A stretch of 64,000 bases of DNA, taken from IMG/VR virus record IMGVR_UViG_3300025687_000041. One strand, 5' to 3'. The translations under genes and the position numbers were made by a program. How positions within the stretch are numbered: position 1 is the first letter of the stretch; every line of letters starts with the position of its first letter. Positions 17,163 to 27,422 of this stretch are shown in pieces. Below the pieces are notes generated by a model. It searched no databases. It was not told where the DNA came from and saw nothing but the letters and a program-made list of their open reading frames with translations. This DNA is from an uncultured virus (IMG/VR IMGVR_UViG_3300025687_000041). Taxonomy: Duplodnaviria > Heunggongvirae > Uroviricota > Caudoviricetes.

Positions 17163-20015
17163 ATGCTTTCACGCAAGGAGTTTTTACAATTAATACTCCC
17201 GCCTCTGGACGAAGGGGAGTGCTACTTTAGCTGGGGTCTAAAGATAGTCAACAACCGGGAAGTAGTTAAGCAGCGCCCCGCGATTGACCTTGATGATCTC
17301 GATGCGAAGTCCACAGCCCTTGGGGATGAAGGCTTTAACGTATTTTTTGCGGTGGCGAAGTTTGCTGCTGCCAAAAATGGGCGGTTTGCTGCAAATGCGG
17401 TATCTCTGAAGAGCTTTTTTATTGACCTCGATTGTGGTCCCGGTAAGCCATACGACACGTTGGAAGATGGGCTAGTCGCACTCAAAGCATTTTGTAGGAC
17501 GCACAAACTTCCACGCCCGACATTGATTCGATCCGGGCGGGGTGCGCATGTCTACTGGGTGCTTGAAGAAGCCATGCCACGCACCGAGTGGAAGCCGTTA
17601 GCTGAGCAGCTAAAGAAGCTGTGTACCGCAGACAAGTTTGATATTGATTACGCAGTTCCCGCCGATGCTGCACGGGTGCTGCGAGTACCGCTCACGCTGC
17701 ACGTAAAAGATCCGACTAATCCGATCCCGGTAGATTTTCTGTATGTAGCGCCGCCCGTAGCCAATGAAGTTATGGCGGAACTCCTCAAGCCAGATGAGGA
17801 CGTACTAGAGGCACTGACAAAGACGTTTCAGAAACGCCCGCTGGACCCGGTAACACTCGCCCTGATGGGGTCAAGCCAGTCTCGGTTCAAGACCATATTG
17901 ATTAAATCGGTAGAAGGCACCGGCTGCGCACAGATAGCGAACATCTACGAGAACCAATCCACGATTGACGAGCCACTATGGCGGGCGGGACTGTCGATTG
18001 CGCAGCAATGTGTGGACAGAGATAAAGCAATCCACGCGATCAGTAAGGGGTACCCGGAGTACAACGCCGAGGATACCGAGAGGAAAGCCAACGAGACAAA
18101 GGGTCCATACACCTGTGAGACGTTCAAACGCTTAAACCCGAGCCTGTGCGAAGGCTGCACACTCAAGATCACGTCCCCCATACAACTTGGGAAAGAGATC
18201 GTAGAGGCAACCGAAGAGGACAGCAAGGTCGTCGGGGTCGAAGCTGCTACACAGGAAGTAAAAGAATATGTAGTCCCGAAGTATCCGTTCCCATTCTTCA
18301 GGGGCAAGAGCGGGGGTGTGTTCATTCGCAGCAAAGATGCGGACGGAAACGACAAAGACGAAGTTGTTTATCCATACGACTTTTACGTCGTCAAACGAAT
18401 GCTGGACCCGGACGCCGGGGAGACTTTGCTTTTGCGGCTGCACTTACCCAAGGACGGGGTGAGGGAGTTCATCATGCCGCTGGCATCGGTACTGGCAAAA
18501 GACAAGTTTAGGGAAGCAATCGCATCCAAAGGCGTCGCCGTTTTAAGCAAGCAGCAGGACATTCTTATGTGGTACGTGACTAAGTGGGTAGAGGAGCTAC
18601 AAATGAATTCTCAAGCAGAAAAAGCGCACAAGCAGTTCGGGTGGGTTGATGATAATTCAGCCATCATTCTTGGAGACCGGGAGATTCGGGCGACTGAAAT
18701 CGTCTACAGTCCCCCCTCCACACCGACACTACCGCTGGTGCCGTTGTTCACCGCCAAAGGTGATTTCCACGTGTGGAAAGACATCATCAACGCATACAAC
18801 AGACCCGGAATGGAGGGCCGCGCATTCGCATTCTTCATGGGCTTTGGGGCTATGCTGATGAAGTTCACGCCGCTCGATGGCTTCTTGCTCAACTTGATGA
18901 GCCGCGAGTCAGGGTCAGGCAAGACTACGGTTCTGCATGCGATCAACAGTATCTACGGCAGACCCAAAGAACTCCTGCTGTACCCAAAAGATACATACAA
19001 CTCCCGCATGCAACGCTTTGGGACCATGCGTAATTTCGCCGTGACTCTGGACGAAATCACCAATATGCCGCCGGATCAAATGTCCCAACAGATTTATGAC
19101 GTGACATCCAGCCGAGGTAAGAACCGGATGAGGCAGCATGAAAACGCTGAGCGCCTGAACCACACAAGCTTTGCTACCTGTGTAATTTCTTCAAGCAATA
19201 GGTCAGTCCCCGACGCGTTACTCTCTATAAAGAGCTTTCCAGATGGGGAGTTGAACCGTGTTCTTGAGATCCCCATAAAGCCGGAAGAGGGGGCAGATAC
19301 AAGCTGGTCGCGGAACCACTTCGCGCAACTGCTGACCAACTACGGGCATGCCGCCGAGCCGTTCGCTCAAACTATTGTTTCTCAGCTACCGTCAGTACAG
19401 GACATGATGCGGGGTATTCACGAGAAAGTCGATGCCGCCGCAACGGTGCGCAACACAGAACGGTACTGGTCAACAGCGGTGATGCTTGCTGTAACTGGAG
19501 GGTCTATCGCTAAGAAGCTGGGGCTGCACGATATTGAGATAAAGCCGGTGTTCGACTTTGGGATCAATCTCATACAGACCACACGTGCAAAAAATCGGGA
19601 GCACATGTTCGACGCTGATGAGTACCTCGGCGGGTTCCTGCAACGTCACTTCCACGAGATTTTAGTAATCAACGGCAAGAGTGATAAGCACACCGGCCTT
19701 GAGCACGGCCCGATCCGCGAACCCCGTGGGGCTTTGACCGCACGATACGAACCAGATACCAAGATGCTGTACGTAATGACCAAGGCGTACCGGGATGATT
19801 GCGCCAAGAACTTTATGAACTTTGATGAATCACTGGCCCCATATCACAAGACTAAGGCGCTGGTGGAGATCAAGAAAAAACGCATGACCGCTGGCACTGT
19901 CGCCAACACCCAAGCTGCGGTGAACTGCCTGTGCTTCGATACCTCCAGATTGGAGTTCTTTGACGATACGGTGCTACTCAAAGATGAAGATACTGGGCCT
20001 ACCACTACTGATTGA
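17163..20015 (+). CDS. Primase-helicase (AEP-type primase plus DUF927-like P-loop domain)
   Basis: DLD, SGRGAHVYW, RVLRVP; Cys cluster; GSGKTT and TLDE. Confidence 0.85.
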   Translation: MLSRKEFLQLILPPLDEGECYFSWGLKIVNNREVVKQRPAIDLDDLDAKSTALGDEGFNVFFAVAKFAAAKNGRFAANAVSLKSFFIDLDCGPGKPYDTLEDGLVALKAFCRTHKLPRPTLIRSGRGAHVYWVLEEAMPRTEWKPLAEQLKKLCTADKFDIDYAVPADAARVLRVPLTLHVKDPTNPIPVDFLYVAPPVANEVMAELLKPDEDVLEALTKTFQKRPLDPVTLALMGSSQSRFKTILIKSVEGTGCAQIANIYENQSTIDEPLWRAGLSIAQQCVDRDKAIHAISKGYPEYNAEDTERKANETKGPYTCETFKRLNPSLCEGCTLKITSPIQLGKEIVEATEEDSKVVGVEAATQEVKEYVVPKYPFPFFRGKSGGVFIRSKDADGNDKDEVVYPYDFYVVKRMLDPDAGETLLLRLHLPKDGVREFIMPLASVLAKDKFREAIASKGVAVLSKQQDILMWYVTKWVEELQMNSQAEKAHKQFGWVDDNSAIILGDREIRATEIVYSPPSTPTLPLVPLFTAKGDFHVWKDIINAYNRPGMEGRAFAFFMGFGAMLMKFTPLDGFLLNLMSRESGSGKTTVLHAINSIYGRPKELLLYPKDTYNSRMQRFGTMRNFAVTLDEITNMPPDQMSQQIYDVTSSRGKNRMRQHENAERLNHTSFATCVISSSNRSVPDALLSIKSFPDGELNRVLEIPIKPEEGADTSWSRNHFAQLLTNYGHAAEPFAQTIVSQLPSVQDMMRGIHEKVDAAATVRNTERYWSTAVMLAVTGGSIAKKLGLHDIEIKPVFDFGINLIQTTRAKNREHMFDADEYLGGFLQRHFHEILVINGKSDKHTGLEHGPIREPRGALTARYEPDTKMLYVMTKAYRDDCAKNFMNFDESLAPYHKTKALVEIKKKRMTAGTVANTQAAVNCLCFDTSRLEFFDDTVLLKDEDTGPTTTD

Positions 20016-20178
20016 TTGGGCTAAATTCCAACCAGACACGTCGTTCTTCGTGCCTTGTATCGACCGCAAACTCACGCAGCGGTTTGTAGAATCAGAAGCA
20101 CGCCGTATGAAGGTGGGTATCTTGTGTAAACACGTTATTGAGAACGGGAAATATGGATTGCGGGTCTGGAGGGTGTAG
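19984..20178 (+). CDS. Small conserved hypothetical protein
   Basis: SFFVP...GLRVWRV; last + strand gene of the arm. Confidence 0.65.
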   Translation: MKILGLPLLIDWAKFQPDTSFFVPCIDRKLTQRFVESEARRMKVGILCKHVIENGKYGLRVWRV

Positions 20179-20186
20179 CCTATAAT
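20158..20186 (+). promoter_or_regulatory. Promoter of the candidate sRNA
   Basis: TTGCGG-17-TATAAT with no downstream ORF. Confidence 0.6.
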
Positions 20187-20188
20187 CG

Positions 20189-20250
20189 CACTGCACTCTC
20201 CTTCTCCTCCTAGAGAAGATGTTACCCCGGCGCAATGCCGGGGTTTTTTT
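20189..20250 (+). ncRNA. Candidate trans-acting anti-RBS small RNA (about 60 nt)
   Basis: Promoter upstream; 5' CACTGCACTCTCCTTC complementary to early-gene RBSs; hairpin CTTCTC/GAGAAG; intrinsic terminator. Confidence 0.65.
20224..20250 (+). terminator. Rho-independent terminator
   Basis: ACCCCGGC-GCAAT-GCCGGGGT followed by a T run. Confidence 0.9.
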
Positions 20251-23200
20251 CACTCCTCTTCCAGCAGGTCGGTGATTTCGGGCATCAGCCGCTTATTAAA
20301 ACGCACCCCGTTGATCATGCTCTTCTCGGCAGCTTCCCTTGCCTTTATGGACCGCCGCAGGGTATCGGAACTGATCCGCGCTTTCGGGTCGATGCGCCTG
20401 TCGTTGAACCGAGCGATCTCTTCCCGGACTTCTTCCATCAAGTCGTAATCGTCGGTAGTGCGGGCTATCTCGTTCTTATCCAGCAACCGCTTGCGCTGCG
20501 CCAAGATCTCTCGCTCATACCCCTTCCGCATAGATACATCTTCGTAGGCAAGAGACAGGTCTGCGGGAGTAAACCCAAGCATCTGCATGACTCCGTTGTA
20601 CACGGAAACATCATCGACAATCGGGTCGCCTTTGAGGGTAAGTGCGCCCTCGGACATATACCGCGCACCCTTCAGCGCATTCCGTAAGAAGCTGGGAAGT
20701 ACGGCCTCGATCCCCCGCTGCACGTTGCCTTCCCGCATAAGCTTTGCCCCGTTCTCAACGCCCACTGCGTAAGACCCAAGAGGGCCAGCCAACTGCCTAA
20801 GCGCAGTCATCACGTAGCCATCCTCAGCAACGCCACGGGGGTCATCACGGAAGAGTAGATCGTTTGCCACACCGATACGGTTAGAGACTTCCAAATTCAG
20901 AAAGTAGTTGGGCAACCCTTTGTAGAACAACTCATTTGTCCATTGGCGCATCAGCACATCAAAATCAAACGGCTCGTCATCATCTCCGAGCAGGGCGTTA
21001 ATCATGTTCGCCAAAACCGAAGCGGCCCCCATAAAGGGCATCCCGTTGGCCCCCGCAAGAGCCATCGCCATTCCGTAGGTGCCGACTAGTTGCCTAAAGG
21101 CTTCTTTGCGAACTTCAGGGGACTCACCCTTAACGCTCTGATGGAAGGCCCGTGCGATCAACGCAGCTTGGTTCCACGCAAACGACTTGAACGTAAGCAT
21201 CACGCGACCAAGCGGGTGCTGCATGTATGTCGAGGCGCTGGCAGACAAGCCTGACGTGTTCATATCTTTCACGGCGCTCAGCGCATACCTGATGGCATCC
21301 GCCTCGTTCATAGCCGGGATCTTCAGCGCGGGATTGCCCTTCAGCGCCAACTCATACGCCGCGATTGCGGTAGCCCCCCGGTTCATCACCTCAGAAATAT
21401 GGAACGGCTTAGAGATGAGGTCCATTACCCTAGCTTTGAACCCCAGATAATCTGCGGTGGTTTGCCTACGCCCCTCAAGCACCTCACGCGCCATCGTATG
21501 TTCCAACTGCGCATGGTCATTTAATACATCAAACAGCCTTGCGTACTTACCCGGAACCTTCTTTTTGAGCGCATACATACTCGCAATTTTTGTCGCGCCC
21601 GTCAGTGCAAACGTAGCTTTATCAAACCCAAACCGTCCCCCCAGCATAGGCCATGCGAACAGAGGCAACGTAGATAAGTTCACCAGTGCCGAGGACACGT
21701 TACCCGCGATGAACGTGAAATAACTAAGGCTCGTGGCTGCGGACGTTAGCTTGTTATACGTTGGGTTATTGATAAAGTTTTGCCGGTTACGAATATTCTG
21801 CGCAGCGGCATATACACTCGGGTCATTTACCGCTTCAGCTTCCCCGTCAATAGCGTCGAACGCTTGATTGATAGGACCAGCGTACTTGGTATTAGCCAAT
21901 TTACGGGACCATTTAACCATGGTCTCCGCATACCCCCGTGCAACATCCCGCTCCATACCCCGAACATTGTCGGCTTTCATAAAGTTCTTGGAGATGGATG
22001 CAGCGGGGAACAGCGCCAGATACGCCTGATAGACGTTATCTTTAATCTCTTGACTAGCGCCTTGCTTGTTTAGGTCCGCCATCACCCCCACGATGAAACT
22101 GGTCGGTGGCAACGTACCCTGTTGGAAGCTTTGGTTCTCAATGTTCTGGTACATCCGGTATTGGACGCCCTTGGGCGCAAGTTCTTGCCGGATAAAGCGG
22201 TCACGCTCACGGATTGATTGGAAAGCGGAAGCCGCACGTTCCCCGTCTATGTCGTACTCAACCCAGAAGTCGCCCCTACGCAGAAATGGAATGTAGGCAA
22301 TCTGCCGCTTCTTGGCTTGGAATTGCAGCTTAAGTTTGGCAGCGACTGAGGAATCGACAAGTCCCGGAATACCTTTGTCGGGATCGCCCACCAGCATGGC
22401 TTCGTAGTCGTCAATCGCCTTAGTGTAAGCGTCCCGAATCATGTCGTAGGTCTTACGCACATCTGCGGGTAAGGAGTTGTAGATGTTGCGCAGCCGTCGA
22501 TATTCCTGCTGTTGTTTGGCGCTCAGCCCAGTCTGTTTTAGGAAGTCTGGATCTTTGGGGTCCGCCATTTCCAAGCGAGCATCGTAGGCCATGTCTTCCA
22601 TGACCTTAAACTGAGCCGGGAATTTCTTCTGCGTTTCCGCAAAGAACTTGTAGTTCTTATTGATTTCCGCAATCGCCTTCTCCTGCATTCCGTTACGCAA
22701 CTCGATGTTGTCGGTCAGAGTCTGGATAGAAGGCAGTTCTTTCCCATAAATGGTGTTAAGGTTGTCCAGCCGCAAAAGGCTGAGCGCCATGGATTTCAAA
22801 TCCGACGGGGCGTTCGACAGAGAGTTTTTGGTGCTTTCTACGGTGCGTCCAGCTAACGATGGCATCGCACGACCAATATCCCCCACGACATTAAACGCTT
22901 CGCGCATGAGATTTGGTGTGCCAAGGAACATCATGTCGCTCACAGACGGTTCCACATCAGCAGAAATGTCCAGTGCGTCGTTGATGAGCTTCATGCCCCG
23001 GTCATAGGCACTTGTACCTTTGGTAAATCCAAAGAAGTTTGCCAGTGCTTGCACAATCCGTTTGAACAGACTGCCGCTCTTAGGAGCCTTGATCTCTTTG
23101 AGCAGTGCTTGGAATTCTGGGTTACTAAACAACTCAGACGTGAATTCCTGAATGTCTTGGGCACCATAGGCAGTACCCATCTGACCTCGTATTCCATCAA

Positions 23201-26200
23201 ACAGTTCGGTCAGTTGCTTGGTGATCGGCAGACTTGGGTTGCGCAACACATGGGAAATAGCAGCGTGCATCAACTCGTGCAGCACCGTGTGTTCGTTCAA
23301 TCCGTTATCGGGGTCCAGCGCGATTGTGTTGGTGCGGGGGTCAAATGAACCAGCTTTGTTGGAGGCGTAACGAATGTCCGGATTGTTAGGGTCGTAAGTT
23401 CCTACATTGCCAATGGCGGATTTAATTTGTGTGGGCTCAAAAGCGGCGTAGGTGTTGTAACCACCCTCTTTAACTTTAATGCCGTCATATCCTGCCTCCT
23501 GCGCCGCTTCAACAAATTGCGGGGTATTTACTACGTTGTAGGCTTTTGCATCTCTCCCAAGGTACAGAAATTCGACATCAACACCAAGCCGTCTAGCCAA
23601 AGCATACGCAAACATTGCGTCATCGTTCATGTCAAAATTTGTAATTGTCAATGGGTTTTTTATTGACAAGTACACAGGATACATCGTGCCTTCTGCACCA
23701 GTGTAACCGCGAGCGGTATATGCCTCTTCAGCAAACCAATTTGGTAAGCCAGCAAACTGGCGAATAGCTTCGCCTTTTCTATCGCCATGCTCCTCAAATG
23801 CTTTTGTACCGTGATACACCACCAGCGGATTGCCATTTTCATCGACAACCTTGCTATCCCCAAACCAACGTTGAAACTCAGGAGTGCGCAAGGCCATCGG
23901 GCCTTCAGGATTCCTAACGACAATCTTCGTCTTAAGGTTCAACCGTTTGATTTTGGCGAGCATCCCCCGGACTATGGGGTTCGTGGTCCGCGCTTGGAGA
24001 TGGTCGATCAGCCCACGCAAGTCACCACTGATGGCAAGATCTTTACCAACAGAATCCAAGTCAGGGCCACGGTGGACGGGTAACGACAACTTCTTAGGAG
24101 CGACCCAATTCAATCCCACAGACAAAGATTTTGGCGGCTCCGCTTTCTTTGGTGCTCTAGGGGCTTTAGCCCCTGCGGGGGCAAGTGTAACCAACTGCGC
24201 GGCCATACCCCCCAACCCACCGATAGGCGTTTCCGCCTCTTCAACTGCGGGTGCTTCAGCGGCGGGGGCTTCAGTTTTGGCTTTCTTTTTTGGCTTAGCA
24301 GCCGGTTTTTGCTGGGTCAGGTCGCTATAGACCGTGAGCAGTTCGGTAAGCGCGTTATCGTTCTTTAGCCCCAAGATTTCTGCAATAGCTGCAACAAACT
24401 TATCCCACACCGTAGTGTTCTCATACGGAATTCGGGACAACATGTATTGGAACTCGGGGTTCGCCATCCCTTCGGAGATAAACTCCTGCACGCTAGTAAC
24501 GCCATAGGGCAGCGGCCTACCATATTGAAAGTACGCATCTGTACCTTTTATAGATTCCAGATGTGATTTGACATGCTCGTACAACTTATTAAGCCGCTGT
24601 ACCGCAGGGCGTTGCGCTGGGGTCGGATTAGCGACCGCCTGAAGAACTTGTGCATGAACGATTTCATGCGCCAACACTGTTTCGTCCCTAGCGAAAAACT
24701 CATCAGTGACAGAAATTTTATCCGCTTTTGGGTCGTATGCCCCTTGGGCACCTATACGACGCGCTGAAGCTGTAGATGTAAGGCGTAAGTCATCTTCACC
24801 AATATCTTGGGTAACACGCTCAAAGGCGTCCAGCAAAGCTTGGAAGTCTTCTTTAGTCGTAAGCTTAGCCTGCTCTTCGGACAATCCAAGCGGCGCAAAC
24901 ATGCTGTTATTGAACTTTGCCACATACCCTAGGCTTATGCGGCCACGCTCCTTACCCTTCTCAAACGCCGGAACCCGTGCATCCCGAATCTCAAACGGAA
25001 GCTGTGACCCTTCGGGTAACTGGTCAACTACTGGAGCCAACTCACGCAGTGCTTCAAGCAACCCCAAGTGCATCTTCGCACCGTCAATGGATCGCTGATT
25101 TGCAAAGGTATCTTCAACTTCATACTGCTCATATGCGGTTTTGTCGATACCAATACGGGTTTTAAGCCCCCTTGCGCGTCGGGCAATCTCAGCAACAAGT
25201 TTGTTCTTGCTCTTTTCTAGCGCGTCCAACACTCCAGAGAAGTTTTCCGCGAGTACCGCACGTTGCGCCGGGAGATTTGCTCGCCCACGAAGTTTTGTAT
25301 CTTGGGGCACTACACTGCCTAACGCCCGCGCGAATTCAGCGCGTTGTTTATGGCTGGTTAGTGCAGAACGGACGCGTTCTTCTCCAGTAGCAGGCTGTCC
25401 AGTAACATCTCCAGTCTCGCCCAGTCCGAGTCCGATAGACTCTCCAACTGCGGGGGCACCTCCACCTCCGACATCTCCTGCGCCTTCGCTAACACTTGGA
25501 ACGCCAGCCCCAACTGCTCCAACGTCAGGTCTTGTAGTAGGTTCACTTGGCACCTCCGCTTCGGCAATTTGAAACTCTGGACGGTTGAGGAACGCTTCGA
25601 TCTTCTCTGCGGCACCGACAGCAGGCTTGCCCGACGCATAAGCCTCCAGTATCTGTCTGACCTCGGCTACGTCTGCGGGGTTGGAAAGATCTTTGCCCGC
25701 TACGGCTTTGAGCATTTTGGCCGTAGGGCCGACACCAAGCTGTTTACCAAATGCTTTGGTGTCACTGATGATAGTACCTTCCACTCCCGGAATAGGGGCG
25801 GGTGCGGGTGCGGGTGCGGTTGTGGGTGCGGGGGGCATACCGCCAAATAAATCCCCCTGACCGGTTTCGGCAATCCGTGCTTGCACGTCGGCTTCGCGTT
25901 GCCGCGTTGCAGCAATTTCTTCTTCTGAGAAGCCGGGAAGAGTCAACTGTTGTGCGGCAAGCAGTTTCTTAAGCTTTAGCTGGTCAGCTTTCTGTGCTTC
26001 CTTTTGTGCAGCAGCTTCGCGCTGGGCACGTTGGCGCTCGATAATTGCGGTACGCTTTTCGTCCGCTGTAGCCGCCTTTTCCGCAGCCTTGGTTAGCTTG
26101 CCCTCGGCATCAAAGAACTCGCGTTGTACGCCTGCGGCTTTCTGCTTCCCCTGCTTTTTAGCTTCCGCACTGACTTGAGCGGGGGTAAATAAGGATGTGT

Positions 26201-27413
26201 AGGGACCAACCTCCATTCCGGGAAGTTGTCCTTGTGCTTCACCACTTTCGATGGCGGCAATTTCGGCTTCTGCTTGTGCAACTTCTGCACGTAGTCGGGC
26301 AGCTTCTTGGCGTTGTCCTCGTCGTTCAAGTGCATCCGCTAACTGTTGTTTACGCTTAGCACCTTCCCGCATCCGCTCCACACCACTACCAGCAGCGCTA
26401 AATGCGCCACCAGCAATCGCGCCACGGACACTGGACTCCATGATGCGGTCCCACTCTTTGCTCTCAAAGATTTGTGGGTTGTTGGCTACGAACTTTTCAG
26501 CCGCGATACTGATCGCTTCCTGAGCGCCCTCGGTTAGTCCCTCACTGGGGACACCTTTGAGTATGCCTGCGGTAACACTACGCAGCAGCCCCTTGTCCAT
26601 TCCGGACTTCTCAAGAACCTTCTCAACGATACCGACCTTCATAGGACCGGTAAGCTGCCTAGCCAATGTCGCGGGTAGCACTGAATCCAGAGCAGCAGAA
26701 CCCGCTCCAAACAACATCGCTACGCCGGGTTCTAATTGGCCTGTTTCCTCAAAGACGTTTTGGAAAACCTCCGGAGCGTTTTGCGCGTAAGCTCCAAGGA
26801 AGGTTCCGACGTTTGTACCCATTCCCGCTCTAGCTGCCACCTGTGGTGCAGCACGTTTCATACCCTCAGCAACGAATGCTGTAGCCGCCTCACCAACAAG
26901 CCCACGTTCTGCCGCCTGTGTAGCAAGAGCTTTGCCAGCAGTAGTTAACGCAGCACGACCAGCTAAAACGCCACCCCCGACACCGGGAATTAAGGACGTT
27001 GCGATATTGGGTATCTGCTCGCCAATGACTTCAGCGCCAAACTTCAGCGCATCTCCAAAGCCTTCAACATCTTTATACGAACGGAATACCGGAGGGGCTT
27101 CCAGTTCACGCGCTTGGCGTTTTTGCGCGGCTTCCGCTAATTGTTCCTTGGCATAGTCCTCAAACCCAAGCGCAGACCCTGCCATTGCAGGAATAATGTC
27201 CGTAACAAGAGAGCCAAACTCCCCCGCGCCACGACCTACGCCTTGTGTGAAGGTCTTAAAGATACCGGGACCGTACTCTTTTCGTAGCGCTTTAAGTTCT
27301 TTTGCTTCTTGATCTTGTGTTTGACGGATATATGTGGCGAGTTCAGTAGCCGCTGCGGTATCCCCCGCCGCGTCTGCATTTTTAAGTGCTTCATAAACGC
27401 GACTTAAATCCAT
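20250..27413 (-). CDS. Large polyvalent internal virion/ejection protein with two zincin-like domains and an ADP-ribosyltransferase-like domain
   Basis: 2387 aa; HEIVH and HELMH; FQRWFGDSKVVD..G.PLVVYHGT...YLSIKNP...GYDG...QIKS; last gene of the structural arm. Confidence 0.75.
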   Translation of the reverse strand: MDLSRVYEALKNADAAGDTAAATELATYIRQTQDQEAKELKALRKEYGPGIFKTFTQGVGRGAGEFGSLVTDIIPAMAGSALGFEDYAKEQLAEAAQKRQARELEAPPVFRSYKDVEGFGDALKFGAEVIGEQIPNIATSLIPGVGGGVLAGRAALTTAGKALATQAAERGLVGEAATAFVAEGMKRAAPQVAARAGMGTNVGTFLGAYAQNAPEVFQNVFEETGQLEPGVAMLFGAGSAALDSVLPATLARQLTGPMKVGIVEKVLEKSGMDKGLLRSVTAGILKGVPSEGLTEGAQEAISIAAEKFVANNPQIFESKEWDRIMESSVRGAIAGGAFSAAGSGVERMREGAKRKQQLADALERRGQRQEAARLRAEVAQAEAEIAAIESGEAQGQLPGMEVGPYTSLFTPAQVSAEAKKQGKQKAAGVQREFFDAEGKLTKAAEKAATADEKRTAIIERQRAQREAAAQKEAQKADQLKLKKLLAAQQLTLPGFSEEEIAATRQREADVQARIAETGQGDLFGGMPPAPTTAPAPAPAPIPGVEGTIISDTKAFGKQLGVGPTAKMLKAVAGKDLSNPADVAEVRQILEAYASGKPAVGAAEKIEAFLNRPEFQIAEAEVPSEPTTRPDVGAVGAGVPSVSEGAGDVGGGGAPAVGESIGLGLGETGDVTGQPATGEERVRSALTSHKQRAEFARALGSVVPQDTKLRGRANLPAQRAVLAENFSGVLDALEKSKNKLVAEIARRARGLKTRIGIDKTAYEQYEVEDTFANQRSIDGAKMHLGLLEALRELAPVVDQLPEGSQLPFEIRDARVPAFEKGKERGRISLGYVAKFNNSMFAPLGLSEEQAKLTTKEDFQALLDAFERVTQDIGEDDLRLTSTASARRIGAQGAYDPKADKISVTDEFFARDETVLAHEIVHAQVLQAVANPTPAQRPAVQRLNKLYEHVKSHLESIKGTDAYFQYGRPLPYGVTSVQEFISEGMANPEFQYMLSRIPYENTTVWDKFVAAIAEILGLKNDNALTELLTVYSDLTQQKPAAKPKKKAKTEAPAAEAPAVEEAETPIGGLGGMAAQLVTLAPAGAKAPRAPKKAEPPKSLSVGLNWVAPKKLSLPVHRGPDLDSVGKDLAISGDLRGLIDHLQARTTNPIVRGMLAKIKRLNLKTKIVVRNPEGPMALRTPEFQRWFGDSKVVDENGNPLVVYHGTKAFEEHGDRKGEAIRQFAGLPNWFAEEAYTARGYTGAEGTMYPVYLSIKNPLTITNFDMNDDAMFAYALARRLGVDVEFLYLGRDAKAYNVVNTPQFVEAAQEAGYDGIKVKEGGYNTYAAFEPTQIKSAIGNVGTYDPNNPDIRYASNKAGSFDPRTNTIALDPDNGLNEHTVLHELMHAAISHVLRNPSLPITKQLTELFDGIRGQMGTAYGAQDIQEFTSELFSNPEFQALLKEIKAPKSGSLFKRIVQALANFFGFTKGTSAYDRGMKLINDALDISADVEPSVSDMMFLGTPNLMREAFNVVGDIGRAMPSLAGRTVESTKNSLSNAPSDLKSMALSLLRLDNLNTIYGKELPSIQTLTDNIELRNGMQEKAIAEINKNYKFFAETQKKFPAQFKVMEDMAYDARLEMADPKDPDFLKQTGLSAKQQQEYRRLRNIYNSLPADVRKTYDMIRDAYTKAIDDYEAMLVGDPDKGIPGLVDSSVAAKLKLQFQAKKRQIAYIPFLRRGDFWVEYDIDGERAASAFQSIRERDRFIRQELAPKGVQYRMYQNIENQSFQQGTLPPTSFIVGVMADLNKQGASQEIKDNVYQAYLALFPAASISKNFMKADNVRGMERDVARGYAETMVKWSRKLANTKYAGPINQAFDAIDGEAEAVNDPSVYAAAQNIRNRQNFINNPTYNKLTSAATSLSYFTFIAGNVSSALVNLSTLPLFAWPMLGGRFGFDKATFALTGATKIASMYALKKKVPGKYARLFDVLNDHAQLEHTMAREVLEGRRQTTADYLGFKARVMDLISKPFHISEVMNRGATAIAAYELALKGNPALKIPAMNEADAIRYALSAVKDMNTSGLSASASTYMQHPLGRVMLTFKSFAWNQAALIARAFHQSVKGESPEVRKEAFRQLVGTYGMAMALAGANGMPFMGAASVLANMINALLGDDDEPFDFDVLMRQWTNELFYKGLPNYFLNLEVSNRIGVANDLLFRDDPRGVAEDGYVMTALRQLAGPLGSYAVGVENGAKLMREGNVQRGIEAVLPSFLRNALKGARYMSEGALTLKGDPIVDDVSVYNGVMQMLGFTPADLSLAYEDVSMRKGYEREILAQRKRLLDKNEIARTTDDYDLMEEVREEIARFNDRRIDPKARISSDTLRRSIKAREAAEKSMINGVRFNKRLMPEITDLLEEE

Positions 27414-27422
27414 AGCAGTTCC

